DNA of 64,000 nt from Geosiphon pyriformis uo1. Taxonomy: Eukaryota; Fungi; Glomeromycota. Position numbers and translations under genes: made by a program. Shown here piece by piece: positions 14,500 to 27,877 of the stretch (the first letter of the stretch is position 1; each line of letters opens with the position of its first letter). The notes under the pieces are model-generated. The model was not told the DNA's origin, ran no database searches, and saw only the letters and a list, made by a program, of their open reading frames with translations. The stretch lies in contig JAAOMT010000703.1 in NCBI GenBank assembly GCA_016748015.1, positions 1,238,255 through 1,302,254 on the forward strand. Reading direction: 5' to 3'.

Positions 14500-14503
14500 A
14501 AAT

Positions 14504-14710
14504 ATGGCAGCCCAAAGGAACAATAACTTGGTCATTCAGCCACCACAAAGAGAAATAAATGTGAATATCGAAACACATACCATTGATGGATGCACTGCTA
14601 TTTTTTCCCAAACAGGTTCAGAAAACGGTAATTTTCGATTACAACAACAAATCATCACAGTTGAGTCAACTACCACCTTTGCCGTGATTGCTAGAGAATC
14701 TTTTCTTTAA
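14504..14710 (+). CDS. Uncharacterised 68-aa microprotein (S1)
   Basis: Clean ATG-TAA ORF. Its paralog at 31618-31863 has mostly conservative substitutions, a preserved frame and the same C-terminus (TTFAVIA[RK]ESFL). Confidence 0.8.
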   Translation: MAAQRNNNLVIQPPQREINVNIETHTIDGCTAIFSQTGSENGNFRLQQQIITVESTTTFAVIARESFL

Positions 14711-16670
14711 AGCCATTTTTACAATTTATGTTGACATTATATCTATTGCTATTTGATGATCCCAAATAATAAGAAACTATATTTACAATATCTCAAATTA
14801 ATCCACCTTTATATAAAATCAAGGATTTTATAAAGATTAAAAAATTTTCATATCAAAGCCTATCAATTATATTCTGATTACAATGTCCAATTAGATCCTT
14901 TTTGTCATCATGAAAATGCAAAAAGAAAATTTCTTTTGAGAATTTTGGTGATACCGCATATAGTTCAACCATTTTGAACGGAGATAATTCACACTAACCT
15001 TTTTTGTAATAAATATACACTATCAAAACATATTATATTGTTTGGATAATCTTTAAAAATTGCCTAATATGGATTAAAAGTATGGAATGTTTTCTTTCAT
15101 TTATTTCCATGAATAGCACAAAAATATTTTTCGAACTTTAAATTTTTTCATTTGGCTTTCGTAGCATGACATAGTTTTTTGGTGTTCGTATTTACCTTAA
15201 AAAATTTATTGAAGATGAGATTCTTATGATCAAGGAATTTTTTTAACTTCCGAATTTCTCCAAAGTTCAGTGTGAGTACCACAAATTAAAAGATAGTGAA
15301 CAAGGCCAGAAAAAAAATTTTATTTACTAGTTAGAAACCATGACTTTATATAGTAAACAACAGCTAGAACAAATTTTTCGACAAAAAAATATTTGCATTA
15401 AACTACAATATATAAGCAAAAAACTAGTGCCAAGGCTTGAATATGAAACAATTGAAAAAAATGATTAATATTCTTTCATTAATAAGCATTTATTTGATCA
15501 GGTCATGAATATTTCTGTTTTTACTTTTTTGATAGTTATGCATGAATCATGGATTTTTTAAGGGTCAAATTTAAATCAATGAACTTTTTATCACCCAAAA
15601 TTAGTAATATGTATGTATTAAAAAATTTTTATGTAAAATTTTCCAGCTGAAAAATATTAAATGAATAATTATTCTCTGAATGTCCATTGTTTTATAGAAC
15701 ATTGAAATAAGGTATATTTATTTCCCTTAAATTCAAGCCATCAATTATTAATCTTAATTTAAATTATATCTTTTCCTTTTTTTTGTTTTATAAAAAATTT
15801 TAACCAAAGTGTGAAGAGAATAGTAGCTTTTGAAATTATTCCGTTGTCATAGAACACGGATAGAATGTCATGAAATCTTTTAGAAGATCAACAAATGACG
15901 GTGCATCTAGATTCTTTGCCGTGGCTAACTTTAAGTCTCCACTAATTTCTAACACAAGACCTGTTTTTATAAATGTTGCATATTGAAATATCTAAGCTTG
16001 TATCTAATAATCTTTTAATTGAAGAATTATAAAAATTAATTTTAATATGCTATAATGTATTTTTAAAGGTGAACATAAGAATATTTCGGTAAAAACAAGC
16101 AAAATTATTAAATTTTATTTTTAACATTATAATTACGATTATGAAAAAAAGATTCATAGATACTTGTTTCATTATTTCTGTTTTAAAATAATAATTAATT
16201 AATTATGAAATAAATTAAAGTACAAAAATATTTATGATTTTGAGTTAGCCTAAGATTTAAGTAAAAGTCAAATTCAAATTGATTAATAAAGATTTTATAC
16301 AAGCAATATGGATGGGAGAGGGTCTTATGATTAAATCAAACGAAGGCTGAATTAATTCTTTGTTTGTTATTGTTGTTGGCTGTTAATTTATGCTATTGGT
16401 TGTTGGTCGTTTTTGTTGTTCTACAAGGCAATTGAACTTTCTTTGTGTTTACTACAGCTGCTGCAATTTAGTATTTGTAGCGAATAATAATGATTCTATT
16501 AATTGATTTGTTAAACCAAGTGTGAACACAGAGAAACAATATTAATAAGAATTCAGTCTTTAAAAAATTACTTTATAAACGTACCATCAAATAAAGCTTT
16601 AAAAAAACTTTTAAGAATAATAATTTATTCACCTTTTCTCTTTTATAAGCCATTATAATTTATCTACACC

Positions 16671-17164
16671 ATGGAAAACAAAGAAATTAAAAGAGCTCGT
16701 CCTTATTCTCATGATTGCAAACTTTGTGAATTTTGTCAAGAGAGCATTAAAAACAATAGTAATAATGGTTGTAAAGCATGCCAGTTCACATTTTTTTGTA
16801 AAACTTTATAAAAACTTTTCAAGTGGAAATAAAGTAGTTGATGAACTGATTAAGAACCCAACCTATATTCTACCTAATGATAAATGTAGTAGAGAAAAAA
16901 ACGGTAGATTAAAACATTATTCTTGGATTCCATGGGAACATTTGTCGAATATCACCGAAATTGGTAGAGGAGGTTTCGGTATAATTTATAAAGCAAACGT
17001 AATTGACGGATTAATTAATGAAGATACTATAAAACATCATGGTTCAATGAAATATGAAAGACTGAAAAGAAATGAAGAAGGGATGGAAGTAGCAATAAAA
17101 ATTATAAAGAACAGTGAAGAAGTATTTAAAGAGGTAATTATATTATTATTATTATTTATTATTA

Positions 17165-17240
<76 letters not shown>

Positions 17241-18390
17241 TAATTCATATTTATCTATTATTTATTAACTATATACTTTATTTATAATTTTTTATACTTT
17301 TGATAGTTAAATATTCAAAGAGTTATGTTTATTAATAATGATGAAACCTTAGATAGTGTCTCTTCAATGTATGGGATCACGCAAAACTCTGAAACACTCG
17401 AGTATGGAATTGTGATGGAGTTTGCCAAACATGGAGATATGCGAAAATATTTATCAACAAATTTTCATTCTATCAGTTGGTTTGATAAATTATTCACCGC
17501 ACGTTCCATAGCTTCTGGACTTTCAGAAATTCATTCTTCTCGTATGGTTCATCGTGACCTACACTCGGGCAACATTCTACAATATGAACAGGGTGTTAAA
17601 ATTGGAGACCTCGGGATTATGTCAATCTACAAACAATGAAACAACAACAACAACAACAGGTAAACATGCAAAAGAAAAAAATATATATGGAGTGATTCCA
17701 TACATTCCACCAGAAGTTTTAAGAGGAGAAAAGTTTACAATGGCTGGTGACATTTATAGTTATGGAATGTTATTATGGGAATTAGCAACTGGGAAACCTC
17801 CCTTTTATGATTGTACACATGATCATATCCTTATAATGGCTATTCTAAATGGGGCCAGGCCTAAGATTACTTCCCCACTTATTCCACCTTTTATCGCCGA
17901 ACTAATTGTAAAATGTTGGGATGTTAATCCAAAGAATCGTCCTACTGCTTGGCAGGTTTTCCTAAAGTTGTGGGAACTTAAAAACATGTATCGGAAGTTC
18001 AAGAATAAGAGGTTTGCAGATGAGGATACTACAAGTGAAGAGTTTAAAACTGAGATGCCTGAAATGAAACAGTTTTTAGAATCAGATAAATACGTAAAAG
18101 AAATGTTGAAGAATGACATGACAAATAATACTTCAACGACAACAAACATTCATCCAGGAGCAGTTTACACAAGTCGTGTTTTAAGTTTGCAAATGATTGA
18201 AGAAACAAAAGGTTAGTTAGAAGTAATTAATTATTTTTGATTATTATAAATTAAAATTTATTTTATCTTCATTTACTTTTTTGAAAGTATTAGTCTATTT
18301 GCCTAAAGGTAAGTAATTATGATAAATAAAATTTAGAATGTAAATTTTTATTTTTTAACACTTATTTCATTTACTTTAGGCGACTCATAA
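16671..18390 (+). pseudogene. Tyrosine-kinase-like (TKL) protein kinase with two +1 frameshifts (pseudogene or assembly error)
   Basis: ATG 16671 opens a Cys-rich N-terminus (CEFC...CKAC), then FSSGNKVVD, WIPW, IGRGGFG, VAIK, HRDLHSGNIL, IGDLG, YGVIPYIPPE and DIYSYG. Intron 17134-17306. Frameshifts at T7 (16791-16797) and GGG (about 17613-17615). Probable terminal exons 18288-18308 and 18380-18390. Confidence 0.88.
17139..17240. repeat. (TTA)n microsatellite inside kinase intron 1
   Basis: About 100 bp of interrupted TTA units. Confidence 0.9.
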
Positions 18391-19599
18391 TAAATATAAT
18401 CGTGATCGGACATCATAATTTTTTATATCACATAATTTTATTAAGATATTTTTATAAAGGGTATTTCCTCTCATAATATTTTTTACTGTTTTCGCTGTTT
18501 TTTACAAGTTTAATGTTTCAACATTTGCTCGTTGATTTAAAACAATATTATAAATACCTAATCCCTTATTGAATAATTTAATTAGCTATAGTACACAAAG
18601 ACGTCAAAAAAAGTTTTCTTATTTATCTTTTTGTTTAAACAAGTGTTCTGAGACCCTGTTAATAAGAGCATAATCATTGGGTTAGCTGATTCAAAAAAAC
18701 ATAAAAACGAATTTACAATTGATTAACATTTATTAAATTACATAAATCAATCTCAATATAGGATCAGAAACAAATTTCATTTTTTTAAACCAAATTCTAT
18801 TTTATTATTTCAATTAAAATTTTTATTTTATTTTATTTTATTTTATTTTATGTTATAAAATTTAATTAAAAATGAAGGAAAAATTGTTTTTTGAAAACAA
18901 TTTTAAAATAAAATAAAATAAAATATATATTAATATTAAATGCTAAATATTTGCTAATTAGAAATAAATTTATTTATAAAATAGAAATAAAAGTTTTTTT
19001 TAATAAATCTATTTATTTTATTTGTTCTCTATCAACCAATAATATCTTGTTAATCAATACAAAAAATTATTTTAATTTTAATAAAAAGCATAAAAATATA
19101 AAACATTAAAAATTTAATTTAATTTTAAAAATAAAATTTTTTAACAAAAACAATGTTTTAAATATTGTGAAAAATTATATTTTTATTAGAGATAAATCAA
19201 TTCAATATTAAATGTATAATTTTTTTTTTTTAGAAAAATTTATAAAATTTAACCTTGATTAAATAGGTCCGAGTGGCTGATCACATGTAGAAAGTGCATG
19301 AGCCACGTTTTACTTTAGAACATATATGTCTTGTTATAATAATAATAAAGTTTTTTTTTAATAAATATTCAAAAATTTCTTTGAAACAAATATTTTTATA
19401 TTATTATATTCTAAAAATAATTTATATATATATATATATATTGAAATTTTGATTAATTGTTATTATAATGTCAAATATTATTTAATAAATTTAAATTTAG
19501 ATTTTTTTTCTAGAATTTAGATATACGAAAATATTCAAATTTTGGTTTTTTTGGGAAATTTTTCAAGAAAAAAGTTAACCATTAAATTAAACTGTGTAT

Positions 19600-22370
19600 T
19601 ATTAAATTATAAATTCTGAATAAAACTTTTTATCAGAGTAAATTCAACTAGAGTAATATTTGCTATGGGCTATTATTTACTTAGCGAGTGTTAAAAATAA
19701 AATATCAATTTTTCAGTGGGTAAAAATTTTCAATCATTTTTTTATAAACAAATTCTTCTTTTTATTAAATAAGGAGACTTTATTGGCTTCGAAGACGTCT
19801 ATGAAAATTTACACCCAAAAAAAATGCTCAAATTCATAAATGTGATGTAAAATTTGATTAATTCAAGTTTTTGGTATTATTCAGATATAAAAGTCGCTAT
19901 AACATAAAAAAACAATCATTGGTTCCCAAAAAATTGGGAATATTTATTAAATTTAATAAAAATGAGAATCCTGTTCTGAAAAGGTCATTTTGTTGTAGTC
20001 ACATGTGCCGAATCTAATACCAAAGTAAGGCCCAATATTTGGTTTAATATTATTATTTTCTTCTTCAGAGTCGACTGTACCCAAATTACATTCCTAAAAA
20101 TAGTAATTGTAATAATTATAATAATTATATCATAAAAGAAAGCTTTCTAATGCGAAACTTACCTCATTTTCATTAACCTCTTGCCTAGAGTTTCGCCCAA
20201 AACATTGAAAAAGAATTTGTTTTTTTGATGGACATTCACAATCATCTTTTTCATAGTCCAACCAATACTCCACCTCATTATGTAAAAACATACGCTTGGA
20301 CATAGAATCTCGAGAAACCCAATCGTTAAAATGAGTTATCCGGAAAAGATTTTTAATAAGAAATGATCGCTTCACTTGGTTAACAAATGCTAGATTTCCG
20401 ATTCTGGGGGCACCAAATGTGATAATTTGAATTTTCTTTAAGCTTATATTCGTATGTGATTTTATCGTGTCATTAAGTAAAAGATTACGAAAATACAAGG
20501 CGGCTAACGTTGCATATGCTTTAGAGAAAAATAATATTAGTATACATTTGTAGGCATAAAATAAGTTCTTACTAAATATATATTATTTTTGATGACAAAG
20601 ATATTTACCTCCACCAATTCCATGTCCAACAAAATAAATTTTATCAGGCTTGTATCGTAATTTCTCAAACTTTTCAGTTAATAAAGGCATCATCATCTTA
20701 GTATGTCTCAGCCAAGTAGCATCGACCATGCTGTTTTCCCGCCAAAGAGGATCTACTTGTATTGGAGCCATGTAAATTGATCTCTGACGCCATTGCTCTT
20801 TACTAAGGTTTGGTCCTCGAAAGTATGCGACAAATTTGACGCCGTCAATCTTATTTGTCCAAAAATCAGCTATAAAATCCAAAAGTATGTTTTTGATAAA
20901 TTTTTCACTTTAGCGTAAATTGAATATTAAATAACAATTATTTACCAATCACTTTTTTATCCCCTACAACTCTTCCGATTCGATTTTCCTTGCTACAATA
21001 AGGAATATTTGCAATTTCTGCCATCCGCCTCATAAAAAGTATTGCAGTCTTGTTAAAGACTCTGATTTTTTCTGTTTTGAATTCCTTTTTTATAGGGCCC
21101 GATGGATTTTGTGTTCGTTTCCAATACAGTTTCTTTTCTTTTCTCAACCTCATTAAATTCTTGTTTTCCTCTTCCTCAAAGGGCCTTACACTCGAAACTT
21201 CTTTATTTAAAACGTTGAGTTTTATTTCTGTTTGATAAGGAATTCACCCTAGCAATTTAACCAGAAATAATTATAAAGTTAAATACCTTTAAATAGGATT
21301 TTGTTCAACTCTTTATCGAAGTTCAATTCTAAATCATTTTGGTTAAATGAAAAGTTCTTGCTAGAACTCAAATAAATTTTTATAGATATAAACAGTAGAA
21401 AAAAAATGAAATTTTTCATTCTATGTTGATTCAAGAAGTTTCATATACAAAATAGAAAATTGATAAAGATAAATAAAGGAGATGTGATGGTTTAAGGTTT
21501 CTATGAATTTCGAAAGTTTTCAAGTCTGAAAGTCTTCTTATGATAAAGAAAGAACAATCTTTAAATCACGATTTAAAACTTAAAGGGGGAGGGGTAATGC
21601 GAAAAAAATATTTTGATTATTTAATTTAATTAATTTGATCTTTTGATATAGAAATTCATTAATCAAATTTAACTAAATAAATAAATAAGTATCAAATATA
21701 TCCAATCAGTTAACGACTTTAAGCAGATCTTTTAATTAAAGTCGACTTTTTAAAAGATCATAATTAATATCTAAATAAATCTCTACCAATTTAGTGAAAT
21801 AACAAATAACAAATATTGATCGCTTGCAATTGATCGATTGATTGTTCTGTTATGAGGGTTATTACTGTTATTAATTTAAATCTTGTGAATTTGGCTTTAT
21901 AGCGTGTGAATTGGAGGGAATTTTCAAACTAAAAGCTAAACTAGATTAATTATTTGTTTTATTAAATATGAAAGATTAGATTAACACAACTATTCATACC
22001 CCAGCAAAATACTTTTCCATGTTGAATATAATTTTTATGTATTATAATAAAATAATAATAATAAAATACTGTCATTTATCTATTGCTTTAAGGAATAGAC
22101 ATTTTAAAATTTTATTTTATTATAGTTCTTGCAAAAATTTTTGTCCACGTTATTTTTATAAAACAATGTCCTATGTCTTTATATAATAATAAAAGCATAA
22201 TTTGCAAAGTCTTAAAGAATATTAAACCAAATTGATCAAATAAAGTAATGAATGAACTTTATAACTCTTAATTTATTTTTTTGTTCAGAATTTTAATTTT
22301 TTTATTCATCTGTTTTTAAGCCACAGAGATATTACTAATGTTAAAAGTCAATAATTTATTTAATTCATGG
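19600..22370 (-). repeat. Segmental duplication unit, inverted relative to 34520-37130
   Basis: The L2 gene plus about 900 bp upstream and 350 bp downstream align to the reverse complement of the L4 region. The proximal promoter and exon 1 are near-identical. Ends approximate. Confidence 0.88.
19953..21419 (-). CDS. Secreted class 3 lipase-fold pseudo-enzyme L2, 5 exons
   Basis: ATG 21419 (MKNFIFFLLFISIKIYLSSS). Motifs YFRGP, VGHGIGG|AYA, ITFGAPRIGN, RITHFNDW. Last exon ECNLGTVDSEE...NIGPYFG, stop 19953-19955. Confidence 0.9.
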
Positions 22371-24091
22371 TAATTAAATAATTATTGAATTAGCTTTTCT
22401 TTCAATTATCGTGTTTGAAGTATATAGTTTTTTCTGTTCAGAGACTTATTATACTATTTATAATTTTCATTTTATTTGTGTTTTTCTGTTGTTTTCCCAT
22501 TTAAAATTTTAGTTTAAAACAAGTTTCTTGAATTTCCTTTACTGTGAAAAATTTTTTGCTAAATTTTAATTTAGGTCTAAAAATAAACTATTTATCAAAT
22601 AGTTTTTAACTTGAAATTTATTATTTTATTTACATCTTCAAATAAAATCATTTACTTTTAGAAAAAATAAAGTTAATAGTAATTTTTTTCGATTTACTTT
22701 ACTTTTAATTGTTTTTGTTGAGCGATAATGAATATAATTAATTTTTAAATGATATAATATTGACAAATAGAATTCTAAAATTTTATGTTTATTACTAGTA
22801 AAAAGTTGATGTTTCTTACTAATCTAATTAAAAGATATCTTGAATTTTTGATTAATTAAAGAATATCGCAATATCTCCAGTCTTGCTAAAAAAAATTCCT
22901 TCAGCCAATGTTATCTTTTCCCAAAAGCTTGTTTTTGAAAAATTTTATTATCTATAAGTTACTAGAAGTGGTCATGAATTAATTGTTTCAAAATTCTTGG
23001 GTTATTTTAGACTTAAATTGAACCAAAAACCGAGTTGAGCATCAGGATTTCCAAACCCCACCCTATTGGGAATAATAAGTGCAGCGTAACATTCCCATTG
23101 TTGAACAAAACACAAAACTTAATAAATTGTTACCCGGTCTTTTTTTTAACCCTATTTTTTCTTGTCAGATTATCATTGATAAGATTGTATCATAATTAGA
23201 CTCTTCATAAACTCCGTATAATCGATAATCGATGATCATTGCTATTTCTGATTGTTGTTTTTAAATCTTAACGATTGTACTATTGTTTGGTTTATCGAGG
23301 GGGTCATCCAAGAACCATTTACGATTGTTTGGATTTTAAAAACTCTTAAACCTAGAAATAAAATGTATGAATTTTCCTAAAAGAGAACAAAGTTGATGTT
23401 GTTAAATTTTTTCTGGGATTTCCGGTGCATCCATCCAATTATTAGGGATTTAAACCAAAAATTAAAATGGAGTTTCAAATCTGGATTGTGTTATATCCAA
23501 ATCCAGGGGCACAAACTCAATTCGACTTTCTACCATGAGGTTCTATGATTGAAATATCAACGTAAAACAAAGATGTTACAACAGGTTTTTTTGAATTGCT
23601 TTTTGGTTTGTACGTATATCTTTTTAGTGACTTTTTTCCAGGGCTCCAATATAGAAGAGATTTTAGTTAATCATCAAAAAATTCAAGTTGTCTGAACTAC
23701 CATTCGGAAGAGATCCAAAAAAAATTTTAAGCCCTATTAAATATTCTCAATAAATTATACGAATTTGGCTAAATTATGAACTAAAATTAGAAAATCCAAA
23801 AAAGTTTTGGTAACATAAATATCCTTGATGAGCTGGATCCATTAAAAAACTAAACCGAGTAAAAAAAGCGTTGTTCTTTGGCATCAATAGGGTATCAAAC
23901 ACAATAAAAGTGATATGTTGTAGTCATTAATTTAAACTTTTGGTAACGCACATGTCACATTCTCTCAAACAATTCTTTTTTAATTTTCAATTTTGAACCC
24001 AAAAATTTCGTTTATAAATGAAATAGATTTTTCCCTAAAACTAAACGACCATCATTCCAAAAGTAATCAGCTTTATCAATAATAATTCATT

Positions 24092-25093
24092 ATGAAAAAC
24101 TCGTTCAGACTCACTAAATCTTCTTCAAATTTCCTTTCTTGTTCCAACTCATCATCTTCACCCAATAAATCTTTTTCTTCAAATTCAGAGAATTTACCAC
24201 GATCTCGTACTTACTTTTTCATTGATTCTTCGAATAATGAATCGAAGAATCACATTAGTGATATCAAAGATGCAATCACTTATTTTAAACCTCCTTTTCC
24301 TCCAACGATTCAAGCTAAAAATCTTATATATTCAAAACCAAAAGATGGGAGATCACCTACAAAACCTCCAAATGTATTTATCATTTATCGTAGAGCATTT
24401 ACACAAGCGGCCAAGAAGGTCGGCTATAAATTACCAATGCGTATGGTTTCAACGATGGCCAGCCAAGCATGGGAAGACGAATCTCCTTGGATTAAAGAAG
24501 AATACAAACAAATTGCAAAACTTGCAAAAATTGAGTATGAACGAAAATATCCAAAGATTAAATCAAAGGGAAAAGGTGAAATCTTAAATTCATGTTGTGA
24601 CAAAGGTATAAACCAGAATGAAGAGTATTTATTTCAAAAGAGTAAAGACACCAATTTACCGAAAATTATGTTGAATCAATATCCCGTTATAGACTTTAAA
24701 AGCAATTTTCACAATACATCTAGTTTTTCAGATGAACAAGAGGTAGCTTGTGATAGCAATAACTTTAATCAGTCTAATTACACCAACCATAATCAACCAT
24801 CCACATTTCCTTGCATACTACCTCACAAGTCATTTAATATTGAAGAACAGACAGTAATAAGATCTACTTCCAATTCTATTATACATCCCTTTAACTTTTT
24901 GCCAAGCTCACAAGAGCCTCATAAACTTACAGATAATTCTAATTACTCACATCAACTAAATTTTTTTTCGGATTTAAATGACACTCAATTTAATGTGCCC
25001 GAGTTTATTCATTCTTCATTTGAAAAAATGGAAAACAATTTGATTTTGACTAGCAATAATATTCTCCCATCAATTTTTCCAAAGGAGTGCTGA
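24092..25093 (+). CDS. MATA-type HMG-box transcription factor (HMG-3), intronless, 333 aa
   Basis: FKPPFPPTIQAKNL...PTKPPNVFIIYRRAF...MRMVSTMASQAWEDESPWIKEEYKQIAKLAKIEYERKYP. Confidence 0.93.
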   Translation: MKNSFRLTKSSSNFLSCSNSSSSPNKSFSSNSENLPRSRTYFFIDSSNNESKNHISDIKDAITYFKPPFPPTIQAKNLIYSKPKDGRSPTKPPNVFIIYRRAFTQAAKKVGYKLPMRMVSTMASQAWEDESPWIKEEYKQIAKLAKIEYERKYPKIKSKGKGEILNSCCDKGINQNEEYLFQKSKDTNLPKIMLNQYPVIDFKSNFHNTSSFSDEQEVACDSNNFNQSNYTNHNQPSTFPCILPHKSFNIEEQTVIRSTSNSIIHPFNFLPSSQEPHKLTDNSNYSHQLNFFSDLNDTQFNVPEFIHSSFEKMENNLILTSNNILPSIFPKEC

Positions 25094-26446
25094 CACGAAT
25101 TAGTAAATGTACACTAATATAAAATCATCATACTATTAATATTTCATATAACTCATAATATTATTTCATAATTTTTTTTCTTTTTAATTGGAAAACATAT
25201 AAACACTTTCAAGTTTTATTTTTATGTATTTGAACCATTTAAATTCTCTTTTAGAAATTTACTACATCTTCAACTTTACTCTACTCTATAATATTGAAAT
25301 GTTTATTAATTTTTTTTCATAAATTTATTCATAATTCCTATAATTTGATAAAAAACTAGTTTTTACAATTTGAAATACGGAATAGAATTAATATAAAGTT
25401 TTCAAAATTTTTAATTCAAAGTTTTATTAAAATTTGTAAAATACCCAAATGTGAAAATAGTATACCAATTTTTAATTTATCTGGTTTTTCCGGAATTTAT
25501 TTAGTAAAATATTAATGGATTTTAGGTTCTGGGGTTATAATTTCTCTTGCTGCATTTGGAAGCTGCATGTAATACTTGATTTTTATTTTGTAACTCTAAG
25601 CCAATATTATCAAAAAAGCTTATTAATAAAATTGTTTTTATGAGTATTGTGACCAAAAATTATTTTATATATTAATTTTGTAAAAAAACATCCAGAAAAC
25701 GCTCCAAAAATATTTTTCAAAATAAGATTTGAGAAATACTCAGAATGAAATTTAAAATATCACATTAAATTTGAAATGAGCTTCTAAAATAATAAAAGAT
25801 TATTATTATTCAAATCAGGTTTTAATAACTCATAATTCAATAAACAGCTTATAAGTTATTTAATAAGAATATGAATAACATTGAAAGTCTACATATTTAA
25901 ATTTTAATGTTTTTATAAAATTCATTAATTAAAAAAAATGTTTAAAAAGCTTGGATATAATCTTCAACTTTTCTTTTAATAAACATTAAAATATAACAAA
26001 TCACTTTATATTATATGTTATATGCATTTATATTTATATCTTGAATTTAAAATAAAAAAAAACCAAGGATTCAATAATTTGGTCTTAAAAAATACATTTA
26101 ATAAAATTCAAAGTTAAAAATTAAATTAAATTATGGTTTGTATTTTTGGAATTTTACAATACCAATGTTGTAAATTAAAATGATTTATCAATAAAATTCA
26201 AAGTCATTGAGTTTCCAATAGTACTCTAATGGAAATTTCTTAATGTAAATAATAAAATATTGTATATTATGCATACTGTAATTGACTAGAATAATTTCGG
26301 TAGGAATACTAACTTGCTAAAAAAGGTCGAGCAATTTACAAAGAAATCTTTGAGGCAGCATTATTTAAAGTAGCTTTATTGATTTTAATGATATTTATCG
26401 ATGCTCTAATCAAAAAATTAAGTTTAGGGAAAATCCTAGGGTTCTA

Positions 26447-27877
26447 TCATTGACATTTGCCAAAAAATACATCAAAGTATGGCCCATGATTTAGGTCAGA
26501 AAGATGATTCCCTTCTTCAGAATCGACTGTTCCCAAATTGCATTTCTAAAAATAATAATTGTAATAATTGTATCATAATAGAAAGTTTTCTAATGCTTTC
26601 AAAATAAATTTACCTTATTTTCATCGATCTCTCCGTTAGAGTTTCGCCCAATACATTTAGAAAGTAGTTGTTTTTTTGATAAACATCCACAATCATTTTC
26701 ATAATTTAACCAATACTCCCTCTCATTGTGTAAAAATACACCTTTTGACATAAAATCCCGAGAAACCCAATCATTCCAATGAGTTACTCGAAAAACAGTC
26801 TCTTTCCGAAATGAATGTTTTACTAAACTCACAAATGCTGGATTTCCGATTCGAGGAGCGCCAAATGTGATAACACTGATATCATTGATGCTAAAATTAT
26901 GATTCCATCGTAAAACTCCGTTATGTATTGCATTACAGAAATATAAAGCGGTCAACACTGCATATGCTTGAGAAAGAATTATTTTAATATATATTTTTAT
27001 GCAGAAAATCTCGCATTCAATTTTAAACTTGAACTTTTTGAAAAATAAAAAATTTACCTCCACCAACTCCATGTCCAACAAAGAACACTTTTTGAGGCGA
27101 CATTGAAAGTCTTTCGAGCTTCGTAATTAATAAAGGCATCATTGTTTGGACATGTTCCAACCAAATTACATCGACTAGGCTTCCCTTGACATCAGTTCTC
27201 ATATCAATTGGATTTAGATGCAAAGTTCTTTTAAGCCATTGCCCTTTGTTGAGTTCTGGCCCTCGAAAGTAAACGATGAGTCTGCCATCTCCCTCTCGAC
27301 GCCGCCATATATCAGCTGCGAAAATCAAGAGTAGACTTTTAACAACGAAGAGTAATTTTTGACTAGGAAATATTATTGATAGTAATCAAAGATTACCGAC
27401 AATATCATGCCTTTTCATAACTTTCCCAATTTCATTTTCAGGCCGACAATAAGCCATATTAGCAATTTTCGCCATATGCCTCAGAAAATTTATTTCCTTT
27501 TCACTGGAAACCTCGACTTTATTTGAAAACTTTACTATCTTTGGGCGTTCAACCTTATTTTCAGCTCGTTTCAAAGACATTTCTCTTTCTTTATTCAGTT
27601 TTATTGGGTTATTATTTTTCTCTTCAAGAGATTTTACCCTCCAAAATTGGTCTTTAAAGTGGCGGGTTTAATATTTAGTAGAAAATCGAGCTTTTAAAAA
27701 TTTTGAGCCAAGCAATTTTGGAATATGAATAGGACTTAAATTACCTTGAAAAAGGCTCTTGTTAAACTCTTCATAGAGGTCCAAATGAAAATAGTTTTTA
27801 TCCGAAAAATAATATCTTAAATATGATAAAAATTTTAAAAAAAAGCAAGAAAAAATTATCATCCAGTAAATTTTCAT
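26447..27877 (-). CDS. Secreted class 3 lipase-fold pseudo-enzyme L3, 5 exons
   Basis: ATG 27877 with a hydrophobic leader. Motifs YFRGP, VGHGVGG|AYA, ITFGAPRIGN, RVTHWNDW. Last exon KCNLGTVDSEEG...NHGPYFD...CQ*, TGA 26447-26449. Confidence 0.88.

Noticed and set aside
16356-16450. Ste11-type TR box (TTCTTTGTTT) and TTGTT runs upstream of the kinase
   Set aside because: About one such 10-mer is expected by chance in this window, and it lies in low-complexity GT-rich sequence.
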